DNA of 64,000 nucleotides from Calditrichia bacterium. GTDB lineage: Bacteria > Calditrichota > Calditrichia > JAJRVZ01. The stretch is from the NCBI GenBank assembly GCA_963796965.1, contig CAWCNS010000009.1, forward strand, positions 32,001 to 96,000. The letters run 5' to 3'. The notes under the pieces are model-generated. The model was not told where the DNA came from and made no database searches. It worked only from the letters and a program-made list of their open reading frames with translations. The position numbers were made by a program, and so were the translations under genes. Below, piece after piece: positions 54,096-64,000 of this stretch; the first letter of the stretch is position 1; the number at the start of each line of letters is the position of its first letter.

Positions 54096-55374
54096 TTATT
54101 TTTTGCGATGTGATCTCTTTTTAGCAGATTTTTTGTCCTTTTTCTTCTTTTCTTTACTCTTCTTTTTCGGGCGCAAATCATCTGCTTCAATTAAAGCAGC
54201 CAGACCAGTCCCGACCATACCAGGATCGATGGTTAAAGAATATTCTTTTTTGGTTATTTTTAAGACCTCCACTGGCTTGTGCAAGAATTCCTGGATCTCC
54301 TCTAAGCGTGGTTTCTCTTCGCTACTGCAAAATGAAAGCGCTACACCAAGACGCACGCCGCGACCTGTGCGACCTACCCGGTGTACATAATTTTCTGTCT
54401 TCTCCGGCAGGTCGTAATTAATCACATAGTCCACATCCGGTATATCAATTCCCCGGGCCGTTACATCAGTGGCCACCAGCAGTCGCGACTGCCCTGCCTT
54501 AAACTGTCTCATCACATCACTGCGATCAGACTGATCTTTATCGCCATGGATAGCCAGAGCGGGAATATTTACCCTTGCCATTGCCTTGACCACCCTCTCA
54601 GCCCGAACCCGGGTACGTACAAATACGATAACTTTACTATCCGGATTGTCATTTAAAAACCGCTCCAGGAAAAAACGTTTATCATCCATTTCCACGAACA
54701 TTACATAATGACTGACGTTTTTTGAGACCGGATCCTCCGGTGAAATCTGAATACGAATCAGCTGAACTCTTTACCTGAGAGAAAGCTAACTTTTTTATTT
54801 CACGATTGATCGTGGCCGAAAAAAAGAGGGTTTGGTGTCTTTTGGTCAGTTTACGTTTGACTGCTTTGATATCATCAATAAATCCCAGATCCAGCATATG
54901 ATCAGCCTCATCAAGTACTAATGTGACAACCTGGTCAAGGCTGATATAACCCTGGCTGATCAGATCAAACATCCGTCCCGGGGTAGCTATCAGCACATCG
55001 ATACCATCTTCCAGTTTTTTTATTTGGGGATCCTGCTCCACACCACCATGCAGAGCAAAAGTTTTTACCCGGGTATGCTTGGAAAGGTAACCAAAAACGT
55101 CGCCAATCTGCGCGGCTAACTCACGCGTGGGCACCATAACCAGGCATTTGATACCTTTTGCACGCCGGCTTTTTTTTGAACGATGGATCTGGTCTACAAT
55201 GGGTATGGCAAAAGCAGCTGTTTTACCCGTACCCGTTTGGGCAATAGCCAATACATCTTCTCCCTTAATAATGGAGGGAATAGATTTGAACTGAATATCG
55301 GTTGGCCGGCGGAAACCAAGTTCTGCCAGATTATTTTTAATTTCTTCAGAGATGTTGTATTGCTCAAATTTCAT
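54096..55374 (-). CDS. DEAD/DEAH-box RNA helicase (one frameshift near 54760)
   Basis: AQTGTGKT, PTRELA, DEAD, SAT, ARGIDI, HRVGRTGR, Lys-rich tail. Confidence 0.95.
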
Positions 55375-55611
55375 TTTACCTCTTCATTCTTGGTGTTGAT
55401 TTCTGATATAATTTACTTTAAATTTTCTATCACGAAGTACCCGTATTAGTATTCACGAAGATGCTACATCGAAAGGAGAGTCACAAAGTATTTTGTCAGG
55501 CCGAATTTATTTAAGTATACTCAGTTAATCTAAATATATTCATAATGCAGATGCAGAAATGTATCCCATAAATAATCAATATTTAAAAAGGCTTGTAAAA
55601 AAGATAAATGT

Positions 55612-55655
55612 TTCAAACATTTATTTGAAACATTTGTTTTAAACATTCGTTTGAA
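55612..55655. promoter_or_regulatory. Triple TetR (PsrA-type) operator
   Basis: caaacatttattt gaaacatttgttt taaacattcgttt g: three 13-bp AAAC-N4-RTTT units about 30 nt before the TetR start. Confidence 0.75.
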
Positions 55656-55687
55656 TTATATTATGCGCCAATAAAAAAAGGAAAACA

Positions 55688-56332
55688 ATGGAAAACTCTG
55701 ATACAAAAATAAAAATTCTCGACGTAGCGGAAAAACTTTTTGCAGAAGGCGGAATTCATGCCACTTCCATCAGGCAAATTGTCAAAGAAGCCGGAGTCAA
55801 TGTGGCCTCTCTGCATTACCATTTTGGATCCAAGGAGGCCGTTATCCACCAAATCATCATCCGGCGTCTGCAACCAATTAATGAAGCAAAGGTAAAACGT
55901 CTCGATCAACTCGAAGAGGAATCTAATGGACAAAAACTGGAGTTGAAGCGGTACTCCGTGCCTTTATCGAACCACATATCCAGATGCAGAAAATAGCTGC
56001 TGATAAGGTAAAAATTCTAATGAAATTAATGGTTCAGATAGAAGATGAGGCTCATAAATTGGAAGTAATGCAGGATCCTGTTTTCATTAATACTTTTAAA
56101 CGATTTATTTCAGCCTTACAATCTGTATTGCCTCAGCTGCCATTATCAGAAATGATTTGGCGATTTAAATTTATGATTTTTTCCATGCATGCAATTATGG
56201 TATGGCATCCAATTCCCTCTGACTCAGAGTTTAATGAGAAGAGGAAAGTATCGACGAAGTTGTGAATCATGTTATAGCCTTTTTAAAGGCCGGCTTTTAG
56301 CACCACCATCAACAAACCTTAACAGGGAATAA
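55688..56332 (+). CDS. TetR/AcrR regulator, PsrA-like (frameshifted; end approximate)
   Basis: ILDVAEKLFAEGG...AGVNVASLHYHFGSKE HTH; continues in ORF 55984-56265 (LPQLPLSEMIWRFKF). Confidence 0.88.
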
Positions 56333-56380
56333 AATTAATAAAAATGAAGATACTAGACTGTAAAAATACATAGGATCTTA

Positions 56381-56463
56381 TTTAAACGCTGAGGACACAG
56401 AGAAAAAATCATATAGATAATATCTCTGCGTTTCTTTGCGAACTCTGCGATCTCTGCGTTAAA
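56381..56463. repeat. Nonamer-arm inverted-repeat element (cgcagag class)
   Basis: tttaaacgctgaggacacagag opposed to ctctgcgtttctttgcgaactctgcgatctctgcgttaaa. Confidence 0.85.
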
Positions 56464-56480
56464 TAGGAAAGGAAACTTCA

Positions 56481-57932
56481 ATGTACAAACGAATACTTTT
56501 TCTGATAACATCTTTCATCTTCTTTTCCTGCTCGTCGTCGCCACCCCGTCAGGATTTACAGATGGATGTGGAAATGCCTGACGACTGGCATAGTGAGCAA
56601 GCGGTTCTGCAGGATTCCTTACTCGTTCCCATTGATTGGTGGACGGAATTTTCCGACACAACACTTAACGGAATGATAGAAGAGGCTTTTGTTCGAAATT
56701 TAAACTTAGTCATGGCGGCCGCCAGTTTAGAAGCTGCTGGTGCCCAAGCAGTTATCGCCGGTGCATCACTTTATCCAAAGGCGGATCTTTCAGTGGACGG
56801 AGCCCGTCGTAAACAGAATTTCATCGGCCTGCCTTTTCCTGGTGCTGGGGGTGATGACGTACTTAGCTCTACTTCAACGACCTACGGTGTATCCCTAAAT
56901 ATTTCCTGGGAATTAGATTTATGGGGCCGAATCCGTGCTGAAAAATCAGCTGCTGTTGCCCAGTTTCAGGCTGCGCAGGCGGACTATATTGCTGCCAATT
57001 TATCCATTGCCGCCCAGGTGAGCAAAGCCTTTTTTGCTGTCATTACAGCCAAGAAACAACTGGAATTGTCTCAGGCAACCCACAACAGCTGGAAAATATC
57101 GACAAATCAGGTCCATCAGCGTTATATCAGCGGTCTGTCATCAGCTCTGGAATACCGCTTATCTCTTTCTAATCTCAGCCTGGCAAAAGCAAGTTTGAGC
57201 GCAAACAATATTCAGCTCGATATTGCCAAGCGTCAGTTGGAACTATTGTTAAAACGATTTCCCTCAGCAACCATTAGAACCGTAAGTGATCTGCCAGAAG
57301 TTTTGACCGAGGTTCCTTCCGGCATGCCTGCTGAGATCCTTTCCCGCCGTCCCGATTTAGTATCAGCGGAAAGAAAGTTGGCCAGCGCAGAAATGAGTTT
57401 AAAAAGTGCCGAGCGGGCATTATATCCCAGGATCAGTCTCACCGGATCCGGAGGAACCACCACCGCCGATTTAAAAAACCTGATCAATGGTGATTTTGGT
57501 GTATGGACATTGGCCGGGAACCTGGTTCAACCTCTATTCCAGGGTGGACAATTAAGAGCCAATGTTGATTTTAACGAAGCGCAGACAAAGATGGCCCTAG
57601 CTGAATATGAAACAACGGTACTTAATGCTTTGGCTGAAGTTGAAAATGCCTTGACCAAAGAGTATTACTTATCACAAAGAGAGGAAGCACTAAAAGAAGC
57701 GGCTGATCAGAGTTCAGCAGCCAGGCGTTTGGCAGAAATTCAATATTCCCGGGGTGTTACCGGTTTTCTGACCATGCTTGAATCTGCACGGGCAGCCTAT
57801 GATACAGAAAGCCGCTATATCAATGCCCGAAGAGAGCGCCTCGATGCCCGTGTTGATTTGTACCTGGCCCTTGGCGGTGGATTTGATCTTAAAAAATCAG
57901 TCATTGTAATAGAAGAAGAAAATGATGAATAA
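56481..57932 (+). CDS. RND efflux outer-membrane lipoprotein (NodT/TolC family)
   Basis: Lipobox FSC, WWTEF, SWELDLWGR, RRPDLVSAE, LYLALGGG. Confidence 0.95.
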   Translation: MYKRILFLITSFIFFSCSSSPPRQDLQMDVEMPDDWHSEQAVLQDSLLVPIDWWTEFSDTTLNGMIEEAFVRNLNLVMAAASLEAAGAQAVIAGASLYPKADLSVDGARRKQNFIGLPFPGAGGDDVLSSTSTTYGVSLNISWELDLWGRIRAEKSAAVAQFQAAQADYIAANLSIAAQVSKAFFAVITAKKQLELSQATHNSWKISTNQVHQRYISGLSSALEYRLSLSNLSLAKASLSANNIQLDIAKRQLELLLKRFPSATIRTVSDLPEVLTEVPSGMPAEILSRRPDLVSAERKLASAEMSLKSAERALYPRISLTGSGGTTTADLKNLINGDFGVWTLAGNLVQPLFQGGQLRANVDFNEAQTKMALAEYETTVLNALAEVENALTKEYYLSQREEALKEAADQSSAARRLAEIQYSRGVTGFLTMLESARAAYDTESRYINARRERLDARVDLYLALGGGFDLKKSVIVIEEENDE

Positions 57933-57939
57933 AAGACAA

Positions 57940-58037
57940 TAAACACAAAGTTCTCAAAGAAGGCTCAGAGAACTCGGAGAATAATTATAAATTATTTCTT
58001 AGTGTGCTTCGTGAATTCTTTGTGTCCTTTGTGTTTA
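57940..58037. repeat. Nonamer-arm inverted-repeat element (cacaaag class)
   Basis: taaacacaaagttctcaaagaaggctcagagaactcggag opposed to cttagtgtgcttcgtgaattctttgtgtcctttgtgttta. Confidence 0.85.
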
Positions 58038-58085
58038 AATCAACTTATCATTCACTAATGCACCTAGAATAAGAGGTTTATTCAA

Positions 58086-59255
58086 ATGGAAAAACGAAAA
58101 TTAAAATACCTGCTTCCCATAGCCATCATCATTCTAAGCATTTTGCTAACGGTGATCATTATTATGATGAAGCCTGAAATTGAACCCGAAGCCCAGGAGA
58201 TAACAGCTGTGCAAGTAAGGGTGATGAAAGTCATCAAACAGGACATACAAATGGTTGTCAATTCCCAGGGAACGGTGCATGCTAAAACGGAAAGTGAAAT
58301 CGTTGCCCAGGTTTCTGGTGTCATAGAAGCGGTCTCTTCTTCCTTTGTTGCCGGTGGATTTTTCAAAAAAGGTGAAGTTCTTGTGCGCCTCGATGCCCGC
58401 GATTATCAATACCGTTATATACAGGCACAACACAAAGTCACCCAGGCCGAATTGGCGTTGAAACTTGAAGAACAACAAGCCGAAATTGCCAGTGATGAAT
58501 GGAAACAAATGAATGAAGGGCCTCCTCCGGCTTTAGTTTCCAGAGACCCTCAACTTGCAGAGGCGGCAGCCTCCCTTGAATCGGCGCGGGCCAGTTTATT
58601 ACAGGCGCAATTGGATCTGGACAGAACAAAGGTAAGAGCGCCCTTCTCTGGTCGGTTAAAAGTTAAAAATGTTGATAGAGGCAGATATGTAACACCGGGA
58701 ATGTCACTGGCCAGGATCTATTCAATTGATGTGGCCGAAGTTCGTCTTCCTATACCTGATAAAGATCTGAAATATCTGGATCTGCCGCGAGATTTTCGCC
58801 TTAAAGATAACCCTGGTCATCGACCTGAGGTTATCCTTAGCGGAGATTTTGCCGGCTCAAAGCATCAATGGACCGGAAACTTAACTCATATTGAAGGTGA
58901 ATTAGATGCACGCAGCCGTATGATTCACGCCGCCGCACAGGTTCCGGATCCTTATGGGAAAAAACATGAAGTGCCCTTAACCGCTGGAATGTATGTTAAG
59001 GCTGAAATTATCGGGAAAAAAGTATCAAACCTGGTGGTTGTACCACGTGAAGTTCTACGCGGCCAGAACCAGATATTAATTGTAGACAAAGAAAATCATC
59101 TTTACACCCGCAAAATTGGCATATATAGAATTGAAGGTGAGTCCGTTTATATAGATAGCGGTCTTGAAAATGGTGAACTGGTCTGTCTTTCACAACTAAA
59201 AACTGTCGTAGAAGGAATGGATGTTTCACCTGTTGCTGAGGCAGAGGAAAAATAG
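58086..59255 (+). CDS. RND efflux periplasmic adaptor (MFP)
   Basis: QVSGVI, LDRTKVRAPFSG, GMYVKAEI. Confidence 0.95.
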   Translation: MEKRKLKYLLPIAIIILSILLTVIIIMMKPEIEPEAQEITAVQVRVMKVIKQDIQMVVNSQGTVHAKTESEIVAQVSGVIEAVSSSFVAGGFFKKGEVLVRLDARDYQYRYIQAQHKVTQAELALKLEEQQAEIASDEWKQMNEGPPPALVSRDPQLAEAAASLESARASLLQAQLDLDRTKVRAPFSGRLKVKNVDRGRYVTPGMSLARIYSIDVAEVRLPIPDKDLKYLDLPRDFRLKDNPGHRPEVILSGDFAGSKHQWTGNLTHIEGELDARSRMIHAAAQVPDPYGKKHEVPLTAGMYVKAEIIGKKVSNLVVVPREVLRGQNQILIVDKENHLYTRKIGIYRIEGESVYIDSGLENGELVCLSQLKTVVEGMDVSPVAEAEEK

Positions 59256-59263
59256 AAAAACAT

Positions 59264-59360
59264 TAAACACAAAGAACACAAAGGAAGCAAAAAGACCACA
59301 AAGTTTATTAGTAATTTTTTCTTTGTGATCTTGGAGATTTCTTAGAGAACTTTGTGTTTA
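59264..59360. repeat. Nonamer-arm inverted-repeat element (cacaaag class)
   Basis: taaacacaaagaacacaaaggaagcaaaaagaccacaaag opposed to ctttgtgatcttggagatttcttagagaactttgtgttta. Confidence 0.88.
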
Positions 59361-59376
59361 TCATTTGGAGAATTCG

Positions 59377-62300
59377 ATGAATAATATAATCACCTGGTTT
59401 GCTAATAATAAAGTAGCCGCCAATTTATTAATGATATTTATCCTTGTTGCAGGATTAATATCATTATCAACCATAAAGTTAGAAGTTTTTCCGGAAATTT
59501 CACCAAACCGGATTACTGTAACTGTCGCCTATCAGGGGGCTGCGCCGGAGGAAGTTGAGGAAGGTGTTTGCGTTAAGGTCGAGGAAGCCATCCAGGATTT
59601 GCCAGGAATCAAACGACTTATATCGATGGCATCGGAGGGATCTGGTAACATCACGATTGAAGTGCGTCCTTCTTATGATCCGAGAAAATTACTTGAGGAT
59701 ATAAAGTCCAGGGTTGATGCTATCAGTACGTTTCCCTTAGAGACTGAAAAACCTGTTATACAAGAGGTATTAGTTCGGCGCCAGGTTATCAATGTTGCTA
59801 TATCCGGTGAGGCCGACGAACAGACACTAAAAAACCTGGGCGAACAGATCAGAGATGAAATCATCGATCTTCCAGAAGTCAGTCAGGTGGATCTTACAGG
59901 TACAAAGCCTTATGAAGTTTCTATAGAGGTTTCTGAAGATATCCTCCGTAATTTTGGTCTTACTTTTGATGAAGTAGCCAGAGCAGTAAAGATGTCCTCA
60001 ATGGATTTGCCGGGGGGCTCCATAAGTACAGCCGGTGGAGAAATCTCTCTGCGAACAAAAGGCCAAGCCTATTTTGGTAAGCAATTCAGTGACATTATTT
60101 TACGTTCTTATAATGATGGTACCCGTTTACATTTGCGCGATGTGGTAAATGTTGTTGATGGATTTGCAGAAAATGATATGGCGAGCCGTTTTGATGGTAA
60201 ACCATCTGTTCTCGTACAGGTTTTCAGGGTTGGTGATGAAAATGCTTTGACTCTTGCCAGTGCAGTAAAGGAATATATCAAAAAAAGACAATCCAGCCTT
60301 CCTCCGGGGATTCTCCTAACTCCCTGGCAGGACGATTCTCTTACTCTAATAGACAGGATGAGTTTACTCATGAGAAATGCCCAAATGGGATTTTTTCTCG
60401 TATTTATCATGCTCGCTCTTTTTCTACGTCTTCGTCTGGCCTGGTGGGTGTCGGTTGGAATGGTAATATCATTTTTTGGCGCCTTTTGGGTACTTCCCTG
60501 GTTTGACGTATCAATAAATCAGATATCACTTTTTGCCTTTATCATGGTTCTCGGTATCGTTGTTGACGATGCCATTATAGTTGGTGAAAATATTTATTCT
60601 CATCTTCAGCGGGGGGAAGAACCATTACAGGCAGCTATTTCCGGAACCCAACGTGTTGCAACCCCGGTGATCTTTGCTGTTCTAACTTCGATTGCCGCCT
60701 TTTCACCTTTGCTTGGTGTACCCGGAATGATGGGTGATGTGATGAAAATGATTCCAATTGTTGTGATTGCGACACTTGTATTTTCATTGGTGGAATCTCT
60801 GCTCATCCTTACCTGCCCACCTTTCAAATATTCACTTCGATAAAACAGAGAAAGAAACATCGGGAATTAAGAAAAAATTTAAAGATTTGCAGGATAAATT
60901 TTCAGGTGCAATGGATAATTTTGTCCAGAACAAATACCGCAGATTTCTGGAATTAGCGCTGCAATGGCGATATACCTTCATGGCCATAGGAATTGGTACC
61001 TTAATATTTACCCTTGCTCTGGCCATTGGTGGAGCCGTGAAATTTACTTTTATGACCAGCGTTGAAGCTGATAATGTTGTTGCCTTGCTAACCATGCCGG
61101 AAGGTACAACAGCAGATAAAACGATCAAGGTGCTGAAAGAATTGGAAAAAAGTGCAGAAGCGTTGCAATCGGAACTAAATTCCGGAGAACAACCGGCTAT
61201 TATGCACATCCTGACAACTATTGCTGAACAGCCCTTTACAAAAATGTCCCATAGTTCTAATGCCGGACAGAACTTAAAAAACAGGCCAAATCTGGGCGAG
61301 GTGAATATGCAATTGGCGCAGGCCAATGACCGGAACATAACAAGTGAAGAGGTCGCTGCACGCTGGCGCGAAATGACCGGAACCATTCCTGATGTAGAGG
61401 AACTTGTATTTTCTTCTTCGATGTTCTCTACTGGCGATCCCATAGATATTCAGATTTCCGGCAGCAACTATGAGGAATTACAACGAGCGGCCATTGAATT
61501 AAGATCTAAAATAGCTACCTATCCGGGTACCTATGATATCACCGACTCCTATCGCAGTGGCAAAAAGGAAATTAAATTACGTCTCAAACCACAGGCAGAA
61601 TCTTTAGGACTGACGTTAAACGATCTGGCCCGCCAGGTACGTCAGGGTTTTTACGGTGAAGAAGTACAAAGGATTCAGCGTGGTAGGGATGAAATCCGGG
61701 TTATGATTCGCTATCCCAAAGAATATCGCCAATCCATAGGTGATCTGGAAAATATGCGCATACGCCTTCCCGGAGGAGGTGAGATTCCTTTTCATGTGGC
61801 TGCCGAGGTGGATCAGGGATTTGGCTTTTCTTCTATCAGCCGGACAGATCGGAAACGAACAATTAATATTACGTCTAATATTGACCAAAGCGTGGCCAAT
61901 GCCAATGAAATTATAGCCAATATCAAGAAAACTGTTCTGCCCGATTTGTTACAGAAATATCCCAGTATTGGCTATTCGCTGGAGGGGGAGCAGGCCGAAC
62001 AACAGGAATCTATGGCCGGCATCATGGAAGGATTTATGGTAGCCCTTTTGTTAATTTATGTTTTGCTTGCGATACCCTTTAAGTCTTATTTGCAGCCCTT
62101 TATCGTCATGAGTGCCATACCTTTTGGTGTCGTCGGTGCTATTTGGGGCCATATTTTTATGGGTTTGGATCTCTCGATTATGTCCATGTTTGGCATGGTT
62201 GCTTTGGCTGGTGTGGTAATCAATGATAGTCTAGTTCTGGTTGATGTAATTAACCGGGAACGCCGTGCGGGTTCTTCCTTAATGGATGCCATTAGTGCAG

Positions 62301-62560
62301 CCGGTCTGGCTCGTTTTCGACCGATCATTCTAACCTCTGTCACAACTTTCGCCGGGTTAACACCGCTTTTGTTGGAACAGAGTCCACAAGCTCAGATGTT
62401 AATTCCAATGGCTGTATCTTTAGCCTTCGGTGTAATGTTTGGAACAGTTATTACCCTGGTACTGGTCCCGGTAATTTATTATTCACAGGAAGATATTAAG
62501 TTACTTTTTAAGAAAATGATGGGAAAATCCAAGGTTGTTGTTGAAGCAGCAGAGGTGTGA
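59377..62560 (+). CDS. RND efflux permease, AcrB family (one frameshift near 60810)
   Basis: GIVVDDAIIVGENI, GVVINDSLVLV and RFRPIILTSVTT across two overlapping ORFs. Confidence 0.95.
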
Positions 62561-62590
62561 TGAATACAAATTTAGGTTTGGAGATACGGT

Positions 62591-62731
62591 AATAGCACGC
62601 GGATGATGCAGATCAGGCTGATTTTCACGGATCTTAAAAATATTCTTTATCTCAAACAGAACCATTTAGATTCTAAAATCTATAAAAAAATTCGCGGAAA
62701 TCAGCATCATCCGTTTTATCCGCGTGCTATT
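62591..62731. repeat. Nonamer-arm inverted-repeat element (cgcggat class)
   Basis: Perfect 14-bp termini aatagcacgcggat and atccgcgtgctatt; arms of about 42 nt with ggat/agat units. Confidence 0.9.
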
Positions 62732-62785
62732 TCTTACTTTGGGCTAAGCATTATCCAAATAAAAACACCTTGCTTAAAGAATTAT

Positions 62786-64000
62786 TTATTTCTCCCCGGA
62801 GAGGACTTCGGCAATATTTAAGGCATGATCAAGCATTCGGCGGTAGGAATTCAGCAAATCCATATAGATCAGACTCACCATTGGACTTACCTTCTCATCA
62901 GCAAGACGGTTTAAGTGGTTTGCCCTATAATTTTTAATTTTATGTCGGATGGCTGAATTTTCAGATATTGCTTTATTTAAAATTTGGCCATTCCGCTCAG
63001 TAATGGCGCGATAAATATAAGCCAGATAATCAACTAATGAATCATGTAAGTTAAGAAACTCCCTCTTTCCTTGCTTTGACAGATCCATATTATTATTCTT
63101 CATACGCAGTAAAATTTTCAAGGCACCAACGATATAATCGCTTATCGATTCATATTCATCCGCCAGGCGTAATTGTTTTCTTGCTTCCTCTGTAATATCC
63201 TGAGGAACTATGCCTGTCATTAGCTTACTAATAAACTCGACTACTTCTTTCTGGATCAAATCAAGAACCTGTTCACGGTGAAATATCTGCTTTTCAATAC
63301 TCTCGTCTCTGCTCTCAATAGATAAAGATGATCGTAACCAACCGAACATTTTTTGTACACTCTTTCCCATTCGCAATATTTCATCAAAAGACTGTTGAAT
63401 AGCTATGATCGGTGTTTCGATCATGCGAACATCCAGATAAGTCAGATGTGCCTTCTCCTTCTCCCTTCTACCCGGTACTAAAAAGGTGACAAAGCGACTG
63501 AGCGGATCAAGCAGTCCAATAAAAATGGTTACAACCAGGATATTAAATCCACTATGTGCAAAGGCAATCCGTGAGGCAATATCCATACTTTCAGGAACAA
63601 CATTGTTTAATATCCAGAGATATTGATAGAAGAAGGGAATAAGAAACAATACGCCAAGAACATTGAGAGAGATGTGAGCGAATGCTGCCCGTTTTGCATT
63701 GGCCGATGTGCCAAGGGAGGCCAAATAAGCGGTTATAGTGGTACCAATATTTTCTCCCAGGACCAGGGCTACAGCTGTATCATATCCAATGATTCCTGTT
63801 GTAGCCAAGGTAATGGTTATGGCTACCGTGGCTGATGAAGATTGAATGAGGGCTGTAATGAAAGCACCGGCACCAATACATTTTATCAAACCGAAATAAT
63901 CATCCGGAACAAACTGAGACATTAATCCCATTAATTCTTCGGATTCTCTGAGGGGGAGTACGCCCTGCTTCATTATCTCAAGTCCAAAAAACACCATACC
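62786..64000 (-). CDS. Na/Pi cotransporter family protein with PhoU-like C-terminus (5' end outside the window)
   Basis: IQSSSAT, LGENIGTTITA, helical C-terminus with EYESISD and RMLDHALNIAE. Confidence 0.92.
   Translation of the reverse strand, partial: GMVFFGLEIMKQGVLPLRESEELMGLMSQFVPDDYFGLIKCIGAGAFITALIQSSSATVAITITLATTGIIGYDTAVALVLGENIGTTITAYLASLGTSANAKRAAFAHISLNVLGVLFLIPFFYQYLWILNNVVPESMDIASRIAFAHSGFNILVVTIFIGLLDPLSRFVTFLVPGRREKEKAHLTYLDVRMIETPIIAIQQSFDEILRMGKSVQKMFGWLRSSLSIESRDESIEKQIFHREQVLDLIQKEVVEFISKLMTGIVPQDITEEARKQLRLADEYESISDYIVGALKILLRMKNNNMDLSKQGKREFLNLHDSLVDYLAYIYRAITERNGQILNKAISENSAIRHKIKNYRANHLNRLADEKVSPMVSLIYMDLLNSYRRMLDHALNIAEVLSGEK

Noticed and set aside
60832..61443. Long antisense ORFs (also 15493-15849, 20688-21044, 42210-42638, 51000-51425)
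   Set aside because: Shadow frames of well-supported genes on the opposite strand

Overview
AT-rich bacterial chromosomal window; gene content suggests an FCB-group lineage such as Calditrichota/KSB1 (inference). It carries cbpA-grpE; a TPR gene and a GAF-GGDEF gene; mfd with three SurA/PpiC-type foldases; a 2-oxoacid dehydrogenase operon (lpdA-lipB-small Cys protein-fused E1-E2-ygfZ); dusB; a fungal-type single-chain homoaconitase; an OPT transporter; a full alternative complex III (actA-G) plus caa3-type oxidase and maturation cluster; a LytS/LytTR module; pyk; a DEAD-box helicase; a TetR-RND efflux operon; and a Na/Pi cotransporter. Many genes are split by single-base indels, most simply explained as assembly error. 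No rRNA, tRNA, CRISPR or intact transposase was seen. The most unusual signal is non-coding: 19 intergenic palindromic elements, most with arms built from degenerate 7-, 8- or 9-nt tandem units, sit at gene junctions, often inside operons and sometimes nested in each other. Several spacers read as eroded fragments of GxxExxY or four-helix-bundle genes, suggesting decayed hairpin-flanked mobile gene cassettes whose arms outlast their cargo. All assignments are by eye; no searches were run.
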